Part shown: positions 39,114 to 49,741 of the stretch, in pieces
Position numbering within the stretch: position 1 is the first letter of the stretch
How the letters are laid out: the number at the start of each line of letters is the position of its first letter
Assembly: GCA_046318495.1 (NCBI GenBank)
Contig: JBKCUI010000344.1
Location: forward strand, 1,600 to 65,599
Direction of reading: 5' to 3'
DNA from: Pirellula sp.
GTDB lineage: Bacteria; Planctomycetota; Planctomycetia; Pirellulales; Pirellulaceae
Length of the DNA: 64,000 nucleotides
Program-made: the position numbers and the translations under genes
Notes under the pieces: model-generated
Database searches by the model: none
Seen by the model: the letters and a program-made list of their open reading frames with translations, nothing else
Told to the model about the DNA's origin: nothing

Positions 39114-40949
39114 TCAAGGCAACTGGGCGACGTCGCCCGATTCTACCACGATCCAATGACGATTGGACTCAACATCGCGCAGCGTCTGCACTTGGCCACT
39201 GGGCCAATGAACGGTCACTGCCTGGACTTTTTGCGCATCCCCCAACCCCACATGCAACGTCGGAGCGTGCGTCGAAGCGTACGATCCTCCACCGATTTTG
39301 TGCTTGATCCGTTTCTCCCCCCCCAGATCCAGTTCGATCCAAGCGCCCAGCGCGTCGCGAGACGATTGCGTGCCCACCAAATCGATCAGCACGTAGCGGC
39401 CGAGCTTTTCCGAATCGTTGAGCACGATCTGGACCGGTTGCTCCAGCATGCTGACCGCAAAGTCGACATCGCCATCCCTATCGAGGTCCCCGATGGCCAT
39501 CCCGCGGCCAGCATGCACCGTGCGAAAGAACTCTCCGACCGATTCGCCGATCGATTGCAGACGCTTCCCGTTCTGGTTGAGGAGCAAGTACGGTTTTTGC
39601 AAGTTGGTGCTGCGGATGGGTCGGCGGCTGGTATGCCCAGCGATCACCACCACATCTTCATCCCGGTCGTGATCGACATCGAGGAATGCCGTCCCCCAAC
39701 CGACGACGGCTTGTCCGAGGGCCATCAATCCAGCCGAGCGCGTGCCGAGCGAAAAATACTGTTTGCCTTGATTGAGGTACAGTTCGCAGTATTCGTTTTG
39801 GTAGTTGGTGACCATGACATCGGGCTTGAGATTGCCATCAAAGTCGCCGACGGCCAACCCCATGCTCCCATCCACGATCGAACGCGAACCGAGGCTCGTT
39901 CCGGAGGCGGCGCCGATTTCGTTGAGCAGCCCACCGCCGAGATTATCAAAGAAGACTTTGGGGTCTTCATCGTTGGCAACATACAGATCGGTATCGCCAT
40001 CCATGTCAAAGTCGCAGGCCACGACACCGACGCCGCGGTGCAAGTACTTTTCGATGGTCGACGATCGATCTTCAAAGGTGCCATCGCCGCGATTGACCCA
40101 GAGTTCATCGGCTTCTCCGACAAAATCGGCCGGCGCGCAGCGATCGATTTCGCCTTGGCCGTTGAAGCAGCGTTTGTCGAGCGCCGGAGACCAGACGCCA
40201 TAGTGAGCGATGTAGAGATCCAAGTCCCCATCGTTCTCGAGATCGAACCACGCAGCCGAGGAACTCCAGCCGCGATGATGAAAGCCGGCGAGGGCTGTGG
40301 CATCTTCGAACGTGCCGTCTCCTTGATTGCGCAGCAATTGTTGGCCCGCATAGCCGGTGATGAAGACGTCGGGAAATCCGTCGTTGTCGTAATCGGCGAC
40401 GGCTGCTCCATAGGAGTAACACACCCCGGCAGCGGACCCGGACGGCGCCCCGACATCGGCGACTTGCGGCTTGGCCCCGGCGGCTTGAGGCAATTGCCGG
40501 AACATGCCGTTGTCGACCATCACCGGCAGCTTTTCTGGGGTCAGTTGCCCGCCGCCGGGAAAGAACAGATCGGCCCGACCATCCCGATCGTAGTCGATCC
40601 AGCCGACCCCACCACCGTTGGACTCGATCATGGCTGCCAACCAAAGTCCTTCGCCGTTTTGGTATTGGAAACGAATGCCGAGGTCTTCTCCGTGATGCGA
40701 AAACTGCAATGCGGTCGAAGCGCGATCGGCTGTGTTGGTTGGCGACGCCTTCGATGGATTCGAAGCGGCTCCACTCGGTGCGTCCGAGGATGTTGCACCC
40801 AACTTTGCACCCGATGTGGATGAAGTGCCTAAAGGCTTGTTCGGAGTGCTTTCGGGTTGCGGCGTGCATCCGGTGCCCATGGCCAAGCCGATGCATCCAT
40901 ATACGAGCCAAAGACTCCAGCGCCGGGACCAGGTAATGCGGGAGATCAT
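39114..40949 (-). CDS. CRTAC1 family lipoprotein (FG-GAP repeats plus ASPIC/UnbV)
   Basis: Lipobox GTGC, multiple DxDxDGxxD repeats, GRGMAIGDLDRDGDVD, SSRDALGA and GGGSYAST. Confidence 0.92.
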   Translation of the reverse strand: MISRITWSRRWSLWLVYGCIGLAMGTGCTPQPESTPNKPLGTSSTSGAKLGATSSDAPSGAASNPSKASPTNTADRASTALQFSHHGEDLGIRFQYQNGEGLWLAAMIESNGGGVGWIDYDRDGRADLFFPGGGQLTPEKLPVMVDNGMFRQLPQAAGAKPQVADVGAPSGSAAGVCYSYGAAVADYDNDGFPDVFITGYAGQQLLRNQGDGTFEDATALAGFHHRGWSSSAAWFDLENDGDLDLYIAHYGVWSPALDKRCFNGQGEIDRCAPADFVGEADELWVNRGDGTFEDRSSTIEKYLHRGVGVVACDFDMDGDTDLYVANDEDPKVFFDNLGGGLLNEIGAASGTSLGSRSIVDGSMGLAVGDFDGNLKPDVMVTNYQNEYCELYLNQGKQYFSLGTRSAGLMALGQAVVGWGTAFLDVDHDRDEDVVVIAGHTSRRPIRSTNLQKPYLLLNQNGKRLQSIGESVGEFFRTVHAGRGMAIGDLDRDGDVDFAVSMLEQPVQIVLNDSEKLGRYVLIDLVGTQSSRDALGAWIELDLGGEKRIKHKIGGGSYASTHAPTLHVGLGDAQKVQAVTVHWPSGQVQTLRDVESNRHWIVVESGDVAQLP

Positions 40950-42355
40950 GATGCGGGGTTGGACGCAGGTTGTGTGGTGCCGGATCCATCGGCAGCTGGG
41001 GCAGGGCGGAGCGGCGATGGAGTAGTCGGGGCTGTTCCACCGGGAACCGCATCCGGTGGCATGCTGTCCATCATGTCTTGGATGGCCTGTTGGATTTGAC
41101 GCAGGATGCGCCGATGGTTTTCAGCCGCTTCCCGATTCCCTTCGCGTTCCATGTAAGACGCGATCAGTTCATGCGACTTGATATCGGAGGGATTGGCTCG
41201 CGAGGCAACTTGGATGTAACCGACGCCACCGGGGGGATCGAGGTAGTTCATCATCAGTTCGCCGAGATCGCGACGCAGGTTCGCGTTGAACGGATCGGTC
41301 TGCAAGCGTTCGAGCATGGCATCGACGCGCGGGCGTTGGTTTTGGCTTTCGGCCGCTTTGCCGAAGAGGGCCTCGCTTTCCGCGGTCTTGCCCAGTTGTT
41401 GCATGCAGCGGGCTTGCAACTGCAAGTAGGGAAGGGCGTTGGGCCAGCGTTCGAGCAAGATCGCCGCTTGTTCGCTGGCCTTCTCGGCTTGGGAAGCTTC
41501 GAGGTTGGTTTGGCAAACCAGCGCCAGTTCGGGGCTCGGCAGTTTGTTCGGTTCCTTGAGCTTTGCCAATTGCTCGGCGGCTTCGTCGACCAAGCCTAGA
41601 TTCAAGAGCGAGCGGGCGTAGTTCGTGAGGATATCGTGGCTGGCTTCGGTGTGCTGGAGAATCCATTCGTACTCCGCGCGGGCCTCTTCGAATTTGGCTT
41701 GCTCCAGCAGCACTTCGGCGAGTTCTTGGTGGGCGCGAATGGAGTTGGGTTGAAGTTCGATCGATTTGCGAAAGGCTCGGACGGCGGCGTCCAGGTCGTA
41801 TTCGTACGTGAAGTAGATCCCGCGCCAGTAGTGGTGTTGGTGGTCCCCTTCGACCAATTCCCCCCACAACCGCAACGCTTGATTGGCCCCCATAGAATCC
41901 CCTTGGGCGAGGAAGCCCTGCACCAGGGATGCGAGGACTTCGGCTTGATTGCCGCGATAGGCGACCAACAGCGGCCCCAAGTTGTCCTTGACCCGTCCAG
42001 GCATGCCCGAGGTCGCATCCAACAGCAACAGCGGTCCGGTGGCTTGGACCGAATCCAAGCCCGAGGTCGCCAGCCCGTCGGTAATGCGTTGAACGCGCGC
42101 CCGATCCCCCGATTTTCGGTAGGCTTCGGCCAGCAGCCAGCGCCAAGACTTGGGAGACCCCATCCAGGGCGACCACGCCTCCAGGCGGGCGGCCGCCAAT
42201 TCCGGGCGATTGGATTCGTACAGCCATTGTCGGGAAGAGTTATCGACCCATCGGTACAGACAGGCCCACCCCGCGGCTAACGCAAGCAAAACCAGGAGGA
42301 CGAAAAGGAACGATTTGGAGCGGATTGCCCCGCGACGGACGGCCAATGGATTCAT
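40946..42355 (-). CDS. Tetratricopeptide repeat protein with N-terminal membrane anchor
   Basis: TPR-like helices (AVRAFRKSIELQP, AHQELAEVLLEQ). Overlaps the CRTAC1 start by 4 bp. Confidence 0.82.
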   Translation of the reverse strand: MNPLAVRRGAIRSKSFLFVLLVLLALAAGWACLYRWVDNSSRQWLYESNRPELAAARLEAWSPWMGSPKSWRWLLAEAYRKSGDRARVQRITDGLATSGLDSVQATGPLLLLDATSGMPGRVKDNLGPLLVAYRGNQAEVLASLVQGFLAQGDSMGANQALRLWGELVEGDHQHHYWRGIYFTYEYDLDAAVRAFRKSIELQPNSIRAHQELAEVLLEQAKFEEARAEYEWILQHTEASHDILTNYARSLLNLGLVDEAAEQLAKLKEPNKLPSPELALVCQTNLEASQAEKASEQAAILLERWPNALPYLQLQARCMQQLGKTAESEALFGKAAESQNQRPRVDAMLERLQTDPFNANLRRDLGELMMNYLDPPGGVGYIQVASRANPSDIKSHELIASYMEREGNREAAENHRRILRQIQQAIQDMMDSMPPDAVPGGTAPTTPSPLRPAPAADGSGTTQPASNPAS

Positions 42356-42566
42356 GCCGAAGGAGTGCCTCCAAAGAATTGGATGGGGGGAAGGTCAGGC
42401 ATCCCGCGCTCGGGACCGCATCCACTCCCATCCAACCAACCGAAAATATAGCCAAATCTTGACTTGAAAGGAATCCAAACGGCCGATAAGCTTCTCTGCT
42501 CGTTTGACCCCCAATGCGGGCATTTCACGCGTTTGTTCGCGTCACCCGATCCAGTGTAATACCGAA

Positions 42567-42791
42567 ATGACTCTAGACAAAAGCCTAAAGGTACGAGCCG
42601 GGGCCATTAAGACGCGAAACGTCATGACCCGTGCCGAACGCATCAAGCGCCTCCAGGACCTCGACAAGTGGGGTACTGACTCCATTGTTTTGGGGATGGC
42701 CAAAGTTCGTGTTCCCAAGATCTCTTTGAAGAAGAAGAAGAAGGTCAAGAAGGAAGACGAAGCCGACGACAAGAAGAAGAAAAAGAAGTAG
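42567..42791 (+). CDS. PVC-superphylum small basic protein
   Basis: MTLDKSLK..RNVMTRAERI..GMAKVRV with a Lys-rich tail. Confidence 0.88.
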   Translation: MTLDKSLKVRAGAIKTRNVMTRAERIKRLQDLDKWGTDSIVLGMAKVRVPKISLKKKKKVKKEDEADDKKKKKK

Positions 42792-42864
42792 TCGGTGGGC
42801 AGGCCTTTGCCTGCCTAGGTGGCCTGCGACGCTGCTTTGCTTGGCAGGCCCGCTGGACGACTAC
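42788..42864. repeat. GTAG-type REP-like element overlapping a stop codon
   Basis: GTAGTCG...CGACTAC termini, with internal GGCAGGC/GCCTGCC and GGCCTGC/GCAGGCC hairpins. Confidence 0.55.
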
Positions 42865-43004
42865 ATTCCTACTGACCGTTGGAACATTCGCTATGCATGG
42901 CCCCGCAGCGTTGGGGCCATGTTGCTTTTTCGGATCAATGGCGGTGCGATTGCGCTCCGCCCCAGCGCGACATCTCCGCGCATCCCTTCTGAACCGCTGG
43001 CATT

Positions 43005-43274
43005 ATGATCCGACGCACGTGCATGCTCACTGGACGCGTTCAGGGCGTCGGCATGCGGTTCGCCGTCCGAAATCTGGCTCGAACCTATGCGATCGCAGGC
43101 TATGTCGAGAACACCGACGATGGCCGCGTGCGGATAGTGCTCGAAGGCACCTCGCAGGAACTGTCGGACTTCTTAGAACGATTGCAAATCGTGGCACCCG
43201 GCCACATCCATTCCATCGACACGTGGGAAAGCGCCGCATCGGGTGAGTTCGACGATTTCGAGATCCGTCGATGA
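43005..43274 (+). CDS. acyP: Acylphosphatase
   Basis: GRVQGVGMR, GYVENTDDGRV and FEIR motifs. Confidence 0.93.
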   Translation: MIRRTCMLTGRVQGVGMRFAVRNLARTYAIAGYVENTDDGRVRIVLEGTSQELSDFLERLQIVAPGHIHSIDTWESAASGEFDDFEIRR

Positions 43275-43597
43275 TGTATAATCGCCGATGGGGACCGAAT
43301 TAGATTGTTTTCCTCGAACCCGATGTATGCGGTCGTTCGTGTCGCAGTTCGATGCCGATATCCCCATACGCCGAGCGCAAGCCCGGTTGTCATCCCACCT
43401 CCCTCGACGCTAACTTCCTGGCATCGGCCCCGGCCCGCTCCTGCTGCCCGAGGTCGCATGCGAGCCCCACCAATCCGACACCAACACGTTGCTCGCGCGC
43501 GGTTCCCTTCGAGCCGCAACCCGATTTCGAGCTGCAAGCCGAAGGGGACGGCGCAAGGCGACGTTCGACGTTCACTCCTGTTCGATAGGCATCTCCC

Positions 43598-45799
43598 ATG
43601 AAGCGATTGAAGGCTGGCGGCGGTTGGCAAGCCGTTCGATACACGTTCCGCAAAGGGCTCGAGTCGGGTGGATTGTGGAAAATGTACAAAGCCCTCCGTT
43701 CCCGGAATGCGTGCAAGACATGCGCGCTGGGCATGGGCGGCCAACATGGAGGCATGGTCAACGAGAACGGGTCGTTCCCCGAGGTCTGCAAGAAATCGTT
43801 GCAAGCCATGGCAGCCGACATGCAGCCCGCCATCACTGCGGACTTTTGGACCAAGTACTCGATCCCGCAGATGAGCCGATGGACGCCCCGTCAATTGGAG
43901 ACCAGCGGCCGATTGATCCAGCCGGTCCTCTACGAGCAGGACAAAACGCACTACCGCACGATCACCTGGAATGAAGCCTTTGAGCGCATCAGCCGTCAAC
44001 TGCAGCTGCTTTCACCGGACGAATCGTTCTTCTATTTCAGCGGCCGCTCGAGCAATGAAGCCGGATTCTTGCTGCAGTTATTTGCTCGCGTTTACGGTAC
44101 CAACAACGTCAACAATTGCAGTTACTACTGCCATCAAGCCAGCGGGGTGGGACTGCAATCGACCCTCGGCACGGGGACGGCCACCGTCGTCCTAGAAGAC
44201 CTCGACAAATGCGACACGATCTTCATCATCGGCGGCAACCCACCTAGCAACCATCCGCGCTTGATGACCAGCCTGATGCACCTGCGCCGTCGCGGAGGCA
44301 AAATCGTTGTCATCAACCCGATGCGAGAACTGGGACTAATCAAATTCAAAGTCCCCAGCGATCCGATCAGCATGCTGCTGGGGACCAACATCGCGACCCA
44401 TTATGTTCAGCCCCATATCGGAGGCGATCTCGCACTGCTCGCGGGAATCGCGAAAGCCACCGTCGAACTCGGTGCGCACGACATGGAGTTCTTGCAGCAG
44501 CATTGCAACGGGCACGAAACCTACTTGGCCGATCTCGCCGGGCGGTCATGGCAGGAGATCACTTCCAAGTCCGGCATCGACGAAGCCACCATCCGTGAAT
44601 TGGCGGCCGTTTATCGCGCCAGCAAAGCCAGCGTCTTTTCCTGGACGATGGGAATCACCCATCACACGCACGGCGTGCAAAACGTCCAAGCCATCGTGAA
44701 CCTCGCGTTGCTGCGAGGCATGATCGGCAAGGAAGGGGCTGGGGTCATGCCCATCCGCGGCCACTCCAACATTCAAGGCATCGGGTCGGTCGGCGTTACC
44801 CCCAAACTCAAGGACGAGATCTTCGATAATCTGACCAAGAACTTTGGAGTGCGGCTGCCGACCACTCCGGGCAGGGACACGCTCGATTGCATGGAAGCCG
44901 CCCATCGCGGTGAACTCAAGTTCGCCATGTGTCTGGGAGGCAACCTGTACGGCTCCAACCCCGATTCGCAGTTTGCCGACGAAGCCCTGCGGCGTTTGGA
45001 CATGTTGGTCATGCTCAACACAACGCTCAACACCGGCCACTCCAATGGACTCGCCAAAACGACGATCATCCTCCCGGTGCTGGCTCGCGACGAAGAACCG
45101 GAACCGACCACCCAGGAATCGATGTTCAACTACGTCCGCGTCAGCGATGGCGGGCCGAAGCGATTGCCAGGACCGCGTAGCGAAGTCCACGTCATCGCGG
45201 AGATCGCCAAGCGGACGCTGGGAAACACCGAAGCCATCGATTGGGACCAGATGCAAAAGACCAATACGATTCGGCACTGGATCGCCAAGGTCGTCCCCGG
45301 TTACGAACAGATCGAGAACATCGCCCAGACCAAGCACGAGTTCCAAGTCGGCGGACGCACTCTACATCGCGCCAAATTCAACACCCGCGATGGTCGCGCG
45401 CAGTTGGTGGTGCACGAGTTGCCCGAACTCTCTCCGCTGGCCGAGAATCAAGTCCGGTTGATGACCGTTCGCAGCGAAGGTCAATTCAACACCGTCGTGT
45501 ACGAAGAGTACGATTTGTATCGCCATCAAGAACGCCGCGATGTGATCTTGCTCAATCCCAAAGACATGGAACGCATGGGGTTGGAGCACGACACCCTCGT
45601 GACGGTGAGCAGCTCCGTCGGTCGGATGCACAACATCTTGGCCCGATCGTTCGAGGAGATTCGCGATGGCAACGCCATGATGTATTACCCCGAATCGAAT
45701 GTGCTCGTCCCGCGCGTCGTCGATCCAAAATCGCGTACGCCGCTCTTCAAGAACATCATCGTCACGGTGACCCGCCAATTGGCGACCGTCGCCAGTTAG
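43598..45799 (+). CDS. FdhF/YdeP family molybdopterin oxidoreductase
   Basis: CKTCALGMGG, SGRSSNEAGF, NCSYYCHQASG, PIRGHSNIQG and RSEGQFNT motifs. Confidence 0.92.
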   Translation: MKRLKAGGGWQAVRYTFRKGLESGGLWKMYKALRSRNACKTCALGMGGQHGGMVNENGSFPEVCKKSLQAMAADMQPAITADFWTKYSIPQMSRWTPRQLETSGRLIQPVLYEQDKTHYRTITWNEAFERISRQLQLLSPDESFFYFSGRSSNEAGFLLQLFARVYGTNNVNNCSYYCHQASGVGLQSTLGTGTATVVLEDLDKCDTIFIIGGNPPSNHPRLMTSLMHLRRRGGKIVVINPMRELGLIKFKVPSDPISMLLGTNIATHYVQPHIGGDLALLAGIAKATVELGAHDMEFLQQHCNGHETYLADLAGRSWQEITSKSGIDEATIRELAAVYRASKASVFSWTMGITHHTHGVQNVQAIVNLALLRGMIGKEGAGVMPIRGHSNIQGIGSVGVTPKLKDEIFDNLTKNFGVRLPTTPGRDTLDCMEAAHRGELKFAMCLGGNLYGSNPDSQFADEALRRLDMLVMLNTTLNTGHSNGLAKTTIILPVLARDEEPEPTTQESMFNYVRVSDGGPKRLPGPRSEVHVIAEIAKRTLGNTEAIDWDQMQKTNTIRHWIAKVVPGYEQIENIAQTKHEFQVGGRTLHRAKFNTRDGRAQLVVHELPELSPLAENQVRLMTVRSEGQFNTVVYEEYDLYRHQERRDVILLNPKDMERMGLEHDTLVTVSSSVGRMHNILARSFEEIRDGNAMMYYPESNVLVPRVVDPKSRTPLFKNIIVTVTRQLATVAS

Positions 45800-45911
45800 C
45801 TTCCCCCTTCATTCGAAGTACAATAGAGCGTCAGCCACCGCGCATGCGCATCGCCGACGGCCGCAAACCCGATGCGGTCTATTGCTTTCCACTCACCCGT
45901 CCGTTCCATCC

Positions 45912-46349
45912 ATGACCATTGATCCTGCTTGGAAAGTTGAAAATCGCCCACCTCGAATTCTCATCGTCGACGATGACTTCGAGATCGCGGGACCGGTCAA
46001 GTTCGCGCTGGAAGGCCTCGGCTACGAAGTGGTCCACATGCCCGATGGCCAACAAGGAGTGGAGAAACTGCAGTCGTTCATCCCCGATTTGATGGTGCTC
46101 GACATGATGATGCCCCGGCAGAGCGGATTCCTGGTGCTGGAGCACTTGCGGCGCGAAAAGAAGGATCGCATCCGCGTCATCATGGTCACCGCCAACGAAG
46201 GCTCGCGGCATCAGAACTACGCGAAAATGCTCGGGGTCGACGATTACATCCTCAAGCCGTTCGCGATGGAACAATTGGTGGCCAGCGCTCAGCGACTGCT
46301 CGAGGAACCGTTCCCGAGCCCAGATGCCCCCGCTTCTCCCAGCGAGTGA
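45912..46349 (+). CDS. Single-domain response regulator
   Basis: ILIVDDD, VLDMMMP phospho-Asp, MVTA and YILKPF; no output domain. Confidence 0.92.
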   Translation: MTIDPAWKVENRPPRILIVDDDFEIAGPVKFALEGLGYEVVHMPDGQQGVEKLQSFIPDLMVLDMMMPRQSGFLVLEHLRREKKDRIRVIMVTANEGSRHQNYAKMLGVDDYILKPFAMEQLVASAQRLLEEPFPSPDAPASPSE

Positions 46350-46434
46350 ACCGGCTGCGCCGCTCGCATCGGACCCTTGCGGTCGTCGTTCCATGAGCGG
46401 TTTCGCGAACACGGGGTGTCGGTTGATGTTGCGA

Positions 46435-46456
46435 GACTGGGCGGTGCCGCCCAGTC
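46435..46456. terminator. Perfect GC-rich hairpin downstream of the response regulator
   Basis: GACTGGGCGG-TG-CCGCCCAGTC. No U-tract. Confidence 0.35.
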
Positions 46457-46845
46457 GCTGCCCGATCGCTTCAGGCGCGCTGCGACAATCTGGGCAATCT
46501 TGCTTTCTCTCGCTTGTGTCGCCTCTGCGAGTGGACAGCCAGCGGCGCAGCCCCCGAGTGGGCTGCGTCATCCCTCAGGTCGACTTCGTTCCCTTAAGAC
46601 ACCAGTTACGGATCCCTGGCACGGCACTAGGCTCAGGACATGACAGCCTCGAATCCTGAGAGAAATACGCTCGATTCGCCATCCCATCGAACCGACCCAG
46701 CGGAACGCAGCCAGGGAATTCTTGACATTATCCGCATTAGGACCTAGCCAAACATTCATCGTAACTTTTCAATAAGGCATCGCACGGATGCGTGGATCGA
46801 AGGCGCGGATTCTATTCGTTTCATTCTTCATCGAGGTCCTTTGAA

Positions 46846-48018
46846 ATGCGGTCCAAGTACTTGTCCGGTCGAGCGGGTTTTACGTTGGTCGAGTTGCTGG
46901 TCGTCATTGCGATCATCGGCGTGCTGGTCGGACTGCTGCTACCGGCAGTGCAGTCTGCTCGCGAAGCAGCCCGCCGCATGCAGTGTTCGAACTCCATCCG
47001 GCAACTGGGGATGGCGGCCTTCAATTACGAATCGGCATTCAAGCGATTCCCGCCCGGACGGTTGATGCCCGACTATGCAATCAACGGCGTTCAGCAAGCG
47101 AACTACACGAACTACAACGCAGTTTCACCGACCGCAACCAACGTCTTCACCGGGTTTCGATCGGTCCATTCCATGGTCTTGCCCTACATGGAAGCCAACA
47201 ACATATACAACATGATCGACTGGTCAGGTCCGACCGCAGTGCGAATGACGCAGGGCGGCGTTCCCGTCAATCGGAACTATGCCGCATACAACAATGCACA
47301 GGCCCTTTTCTTGTGCCCGTCAGACGGGAATACAGGTCGAATCATCACGGAAAACAATTACCGATACAACTTCGGTGGAAGCACCCCCTACGCGGGAGCT
47401 CGCGATGCGGCGAGCAACAATGTCTTCAACGCCACCAACAGCCTTGGCCTTTCCAGCGGTGGCAATGGGGCATTTAGTATTGGCAATGGCCTAAAAGGCT
47501 CATCCTTCATCGACGGTCTATCGAATACATGCTTCTTTTCGGAACGCACCAAGGGCAGCGGCCGCAATTTAGCAGTCACTAGCCCAACGCTGGTCGACGT
47601 GATTACTTGGCCGAACCGTGCGAACGTCATGGCGGATCCGAATGTGCTTTTCAACGACTGCTTAAATGCGGCTCGGGTGGGTCAAGCTCCCAGCTCTTTC
47701 CACTTCAACTCGATGGGGAGATGGTTGGATGGATCGGATTTTTCTAACGGCTGGCCTTTTGGCTTTTACTCCAGCACCCAGTACAACCACGTTGCTCCAC
47801 CCAACTGGGCAGGGTTCGATTGCGGAACCTGGAGTGCGATTCCTGACGCCCCGGGGGAACACGCCATTGTTTCCGCACGCAGCATGCATGGTTCCGGCGT
47901 CAACGCGGCGTTTGGTGATGGTTCGACCAAATTCATTCCGAACAGTGTCGACGTCAATATCTGGCGAGCTTTGGGGACACGCGATGGTGGTGAAGTCGTT
48001 GCGGATGCCGACTTCTAG
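46846..48018 (+). CDS. DUF1559 family prepilin-type N-terminal cleavage/methylation protein
   Basis: [37 protein letters not shown] and C-terminal H-X9-DG ([12 protein letters not shown]). Confidence 0.95.
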   Translation: MRSKYLSGRAGFTLVELLVVIAIIGVLVGLLLPAVQSAREAARRMQCSNSIRQLGMAAFNYESAFKRFPPGRLMPDYAINGVQQANYTNYNAVSPTATNVFTGFRSVHSMVLPYMEANNIYNMIDWSGPTAVRMTQGGVPVNRNYAAYNNAQALFLCPSDGNTGRIITENNYRYNFGGSTPYAGARDAASNNVFNATNSLGLSSGGNGAFSIGNGLKGSSFIDGLSNTCFFSERTKGSGRNLAVTSPTLVDVITWPNRANVMADPNVLFNDCLNAARVGQAPSSFHFNSMGRWLDGSDFSNGWPFGFYSSTQYNHVAPPNWAGFDCGTWSAIPDAPGEHAIVSARSMHGSGVNAAFGDGSTKFIPNSVDVNIWRALGTRDGGEVVADADF

Positions 48019-48090
48019 GTACCAATACACGTTCGAAAAAAATCCTTGGTTGTCCCAGGGAGGGACTCGATTAGACGCTTCCTTGGCCAT

Positions 48091-48558
48091 ATGAATTCGC
48101 TTTCTGAAAGCCTCGCAATGAACTGCTGGACTTGTGGTTTCTTAGTGTTCGCAAGTTTGTCTGTCTTGGTGTCAACCAATCTCGGTTGCGGCAATCGCAG
48201 CATGCCGGCAAGCTCGATACAAGAGCGTGAGAAGGCATTCGAGGATGCGGTGGCTAAGCTGGCAGCCAAGGACTACCTCGGAGCTAGAGAAGCTGCGTCA
48301 ATCGCACTTAAGGGCGGCGGTCTATCTGCGGATCAAACCGCAGAAGCTAGCATGATCATCATCGAAGCAGCCACAGAATCAGGCGACTTAGCCATCGCAG
48401 AGTCGGAGATCAAGGCAGTCGAGCCGAATGTCCTCGACATGGTTAAGTTCCACGTTCTCCAAGGTAAACTGGCGAAGCGTCAAGGAAACGATGCCGCAGC
48501 TCAAGAGGCGTTCGGCAAAGCGCGCGCAATCGATCCCAATGCTCCCATCCCCAATTAG
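48091..48558 (+). CDS. Putative helical (TPR-like) lipoprotein
   Basis: Hydrophobic leader with NLGC lipobox, followed by Ala-rich helices. Lies directly downstream of the DUF1559 gene. Confidence 0.65.
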   Translation: MNSLSESLAMNCWTCGFLVFASLSVLVSTNLGCGNRSMPASSIQEREKAFEDAVAKLAAKDYLGAREAASIALKGGGLSADQTAEASMIIIEAATESGDLAIAESEIKAVEPNVLDMVKFHVLQGKLAKRQGNDAAAQEAFGKARAIDPNAPIPN

Positions 48559-48572
48559 CCATTGCACGCACC

Positions 48573-49274
48573 TCACGACGCACGGCCAAGCGCACTCAAC
48601 GATTTCATCGCCAAATGTTGCAATCTGCCGATAGAGTCATCGCTCGCAACAGAGGGTTGCAGCCCCTTGCACTGCGCGATTAACGCCTCAACTTCTTCTG
48701 GGTTGTGCCACTCCGTTAAACACGCCGTTTCACCCGGTTGTTGGCTGACGAGCAGCAGCTTGTTCCCGAATCGCAGCAACAGCAACTGATGCTTGGGACC
48801 CAACGTCGTGGTTCCGAGCACTTCAACGATCGCGCTTGGCAAGCGTCGCATGGCTGTCGGTTGAAACCGCTTCAGCAACACATTCACTCCGAGGAATAGG
48901 GCGACCACACCTCCAAGGGCCAACAGCGTGGTCAGCATGGAGGAGCGATTGGCGGATGGACGTTCCGTTTGCGTCTCTTTTTGACTGGGCCCCTTGAGTT
49001 CGATTCCTCGGCTTTTGTCGCGCCCCGGCAGGTTCTCTCCAGCTGCGGGAACGGCAGCATTTCGAATGCTCGATGCGGTCGCCGGCACGACGGCCGATTG
49101 CGGCAAACCGGACATCGGTTCGGATTGCGTTCGCATGCGACGAGGCTCGGTCTTGGATTCGACTTGCGCAATCACCGGCATTGCAAGCGACATCGCGATG
49201 GAGCATGCGATCAAGCACACCGCGGTTCGGCAATTGGGGCTTCTTAGCTTTGCTTTTGAGTTCGTCGATTGCAT
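48573..49274 (-). CDS. fliO: Flagellar biosynthesis protein FliO-like
   Basis: Signal-like N-terminus, TM helix, then VEVLGTTTLGPKHQLLLLRFGNKLLLV. Confidence 0.75.
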   Translation of the reverse strand: MQSTNSKAKLRSPNCRTAVCLIACSIAMSLAMPVIAQVESKTEPRRMRTQSEPMSGLPQSAVVPATASSIRNAAVPAAGENLPGRDKSRGIELKGPSQKETQTERPSANRSSMLTTLLALGGVVALFLGVNVLLKRFQPTAMRRLPSAIVEVLGTTTLGPKHQLLLLRFGNKLLLVSQQPGETACLTEWHNPEEVEALIAQCKGLQPSVASDDSIGRLQHLAMKSLSALGRAS

Positions 49275-49282
49275 GGTTGCCT

Positions 49283-49741
49283 TTAGCCGCCTGGGTGAAC
49301 TTCCGTGACTCGAATGCAATACCGATCTTGGTGCAACAGAATCTCACCGCGAGCTACGACGCGTCCGTCCACCTGGATCTCGATCGGTTCCTCGATCGAC
49401 TGCTCGAGAGACACAACGGCTCCTGGGCCGAGCGATTCGAGTTCTTGCCGGCTCAGCCGCGTACGGCCCACAATCATGTGCAGGTTCACTTCAGGGGATG
49501 GCGCAGCCACGTCGTGCTTGGCGCCATCGTTGGAACTGGGTTGCGTCGGATCGGTCAACTCGGACCAAGCAAACCGCGAGAATTGCGGAGCGGCGAGCGA
49601 TTGCTCCATCGCGTGCAACGCCGACTCGGCTTGCATCACGCGTTCATGCGCCGACACTTCCCACGAAGGTCCAGCGTGTGGCGGCGCGCATGCGTCGCGT
49701 TCTGCCCCCCCGTCTCGGTCCACTTCGTGCATCGGTTGCAT
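49283..49741 (-). CDS. fliN: FliM/FliN (SpoA) domain protein
   Basis: VGRTRLS..LGPGAVVSLEQSIEEPIEIQVDGRVVARGEI..CIRVTE. Confidence 0.82.
   Translation of the reverse strand: MQPMHEVDRDGGAERDACAPPHAGPSWEVSAHERVMQAESALHAMEQSLAAPQFSRFAWSELTDPTQPSSNDGAKHDVAAPSPEVNLHMIVGRTRLSRQELESLGPGAVVSLEQSIEEPIEIQVDGRVVARGEILLHQDRYCIRVTEVHPGG

Noticed and set aside
43598-45799. Selenocysteine or recoding in the FdhF-like gene
   Set aside because: The ORF is continuous with Cys codons and has no in-frame TGA.
46722-46750. Perfect TTGACA upstream of the DUF1559 gene
   Set aside because: The hexamer at 17-bp spacing (TAGCCA) is a poor -10, so it is not supported well enough to call a promoter.
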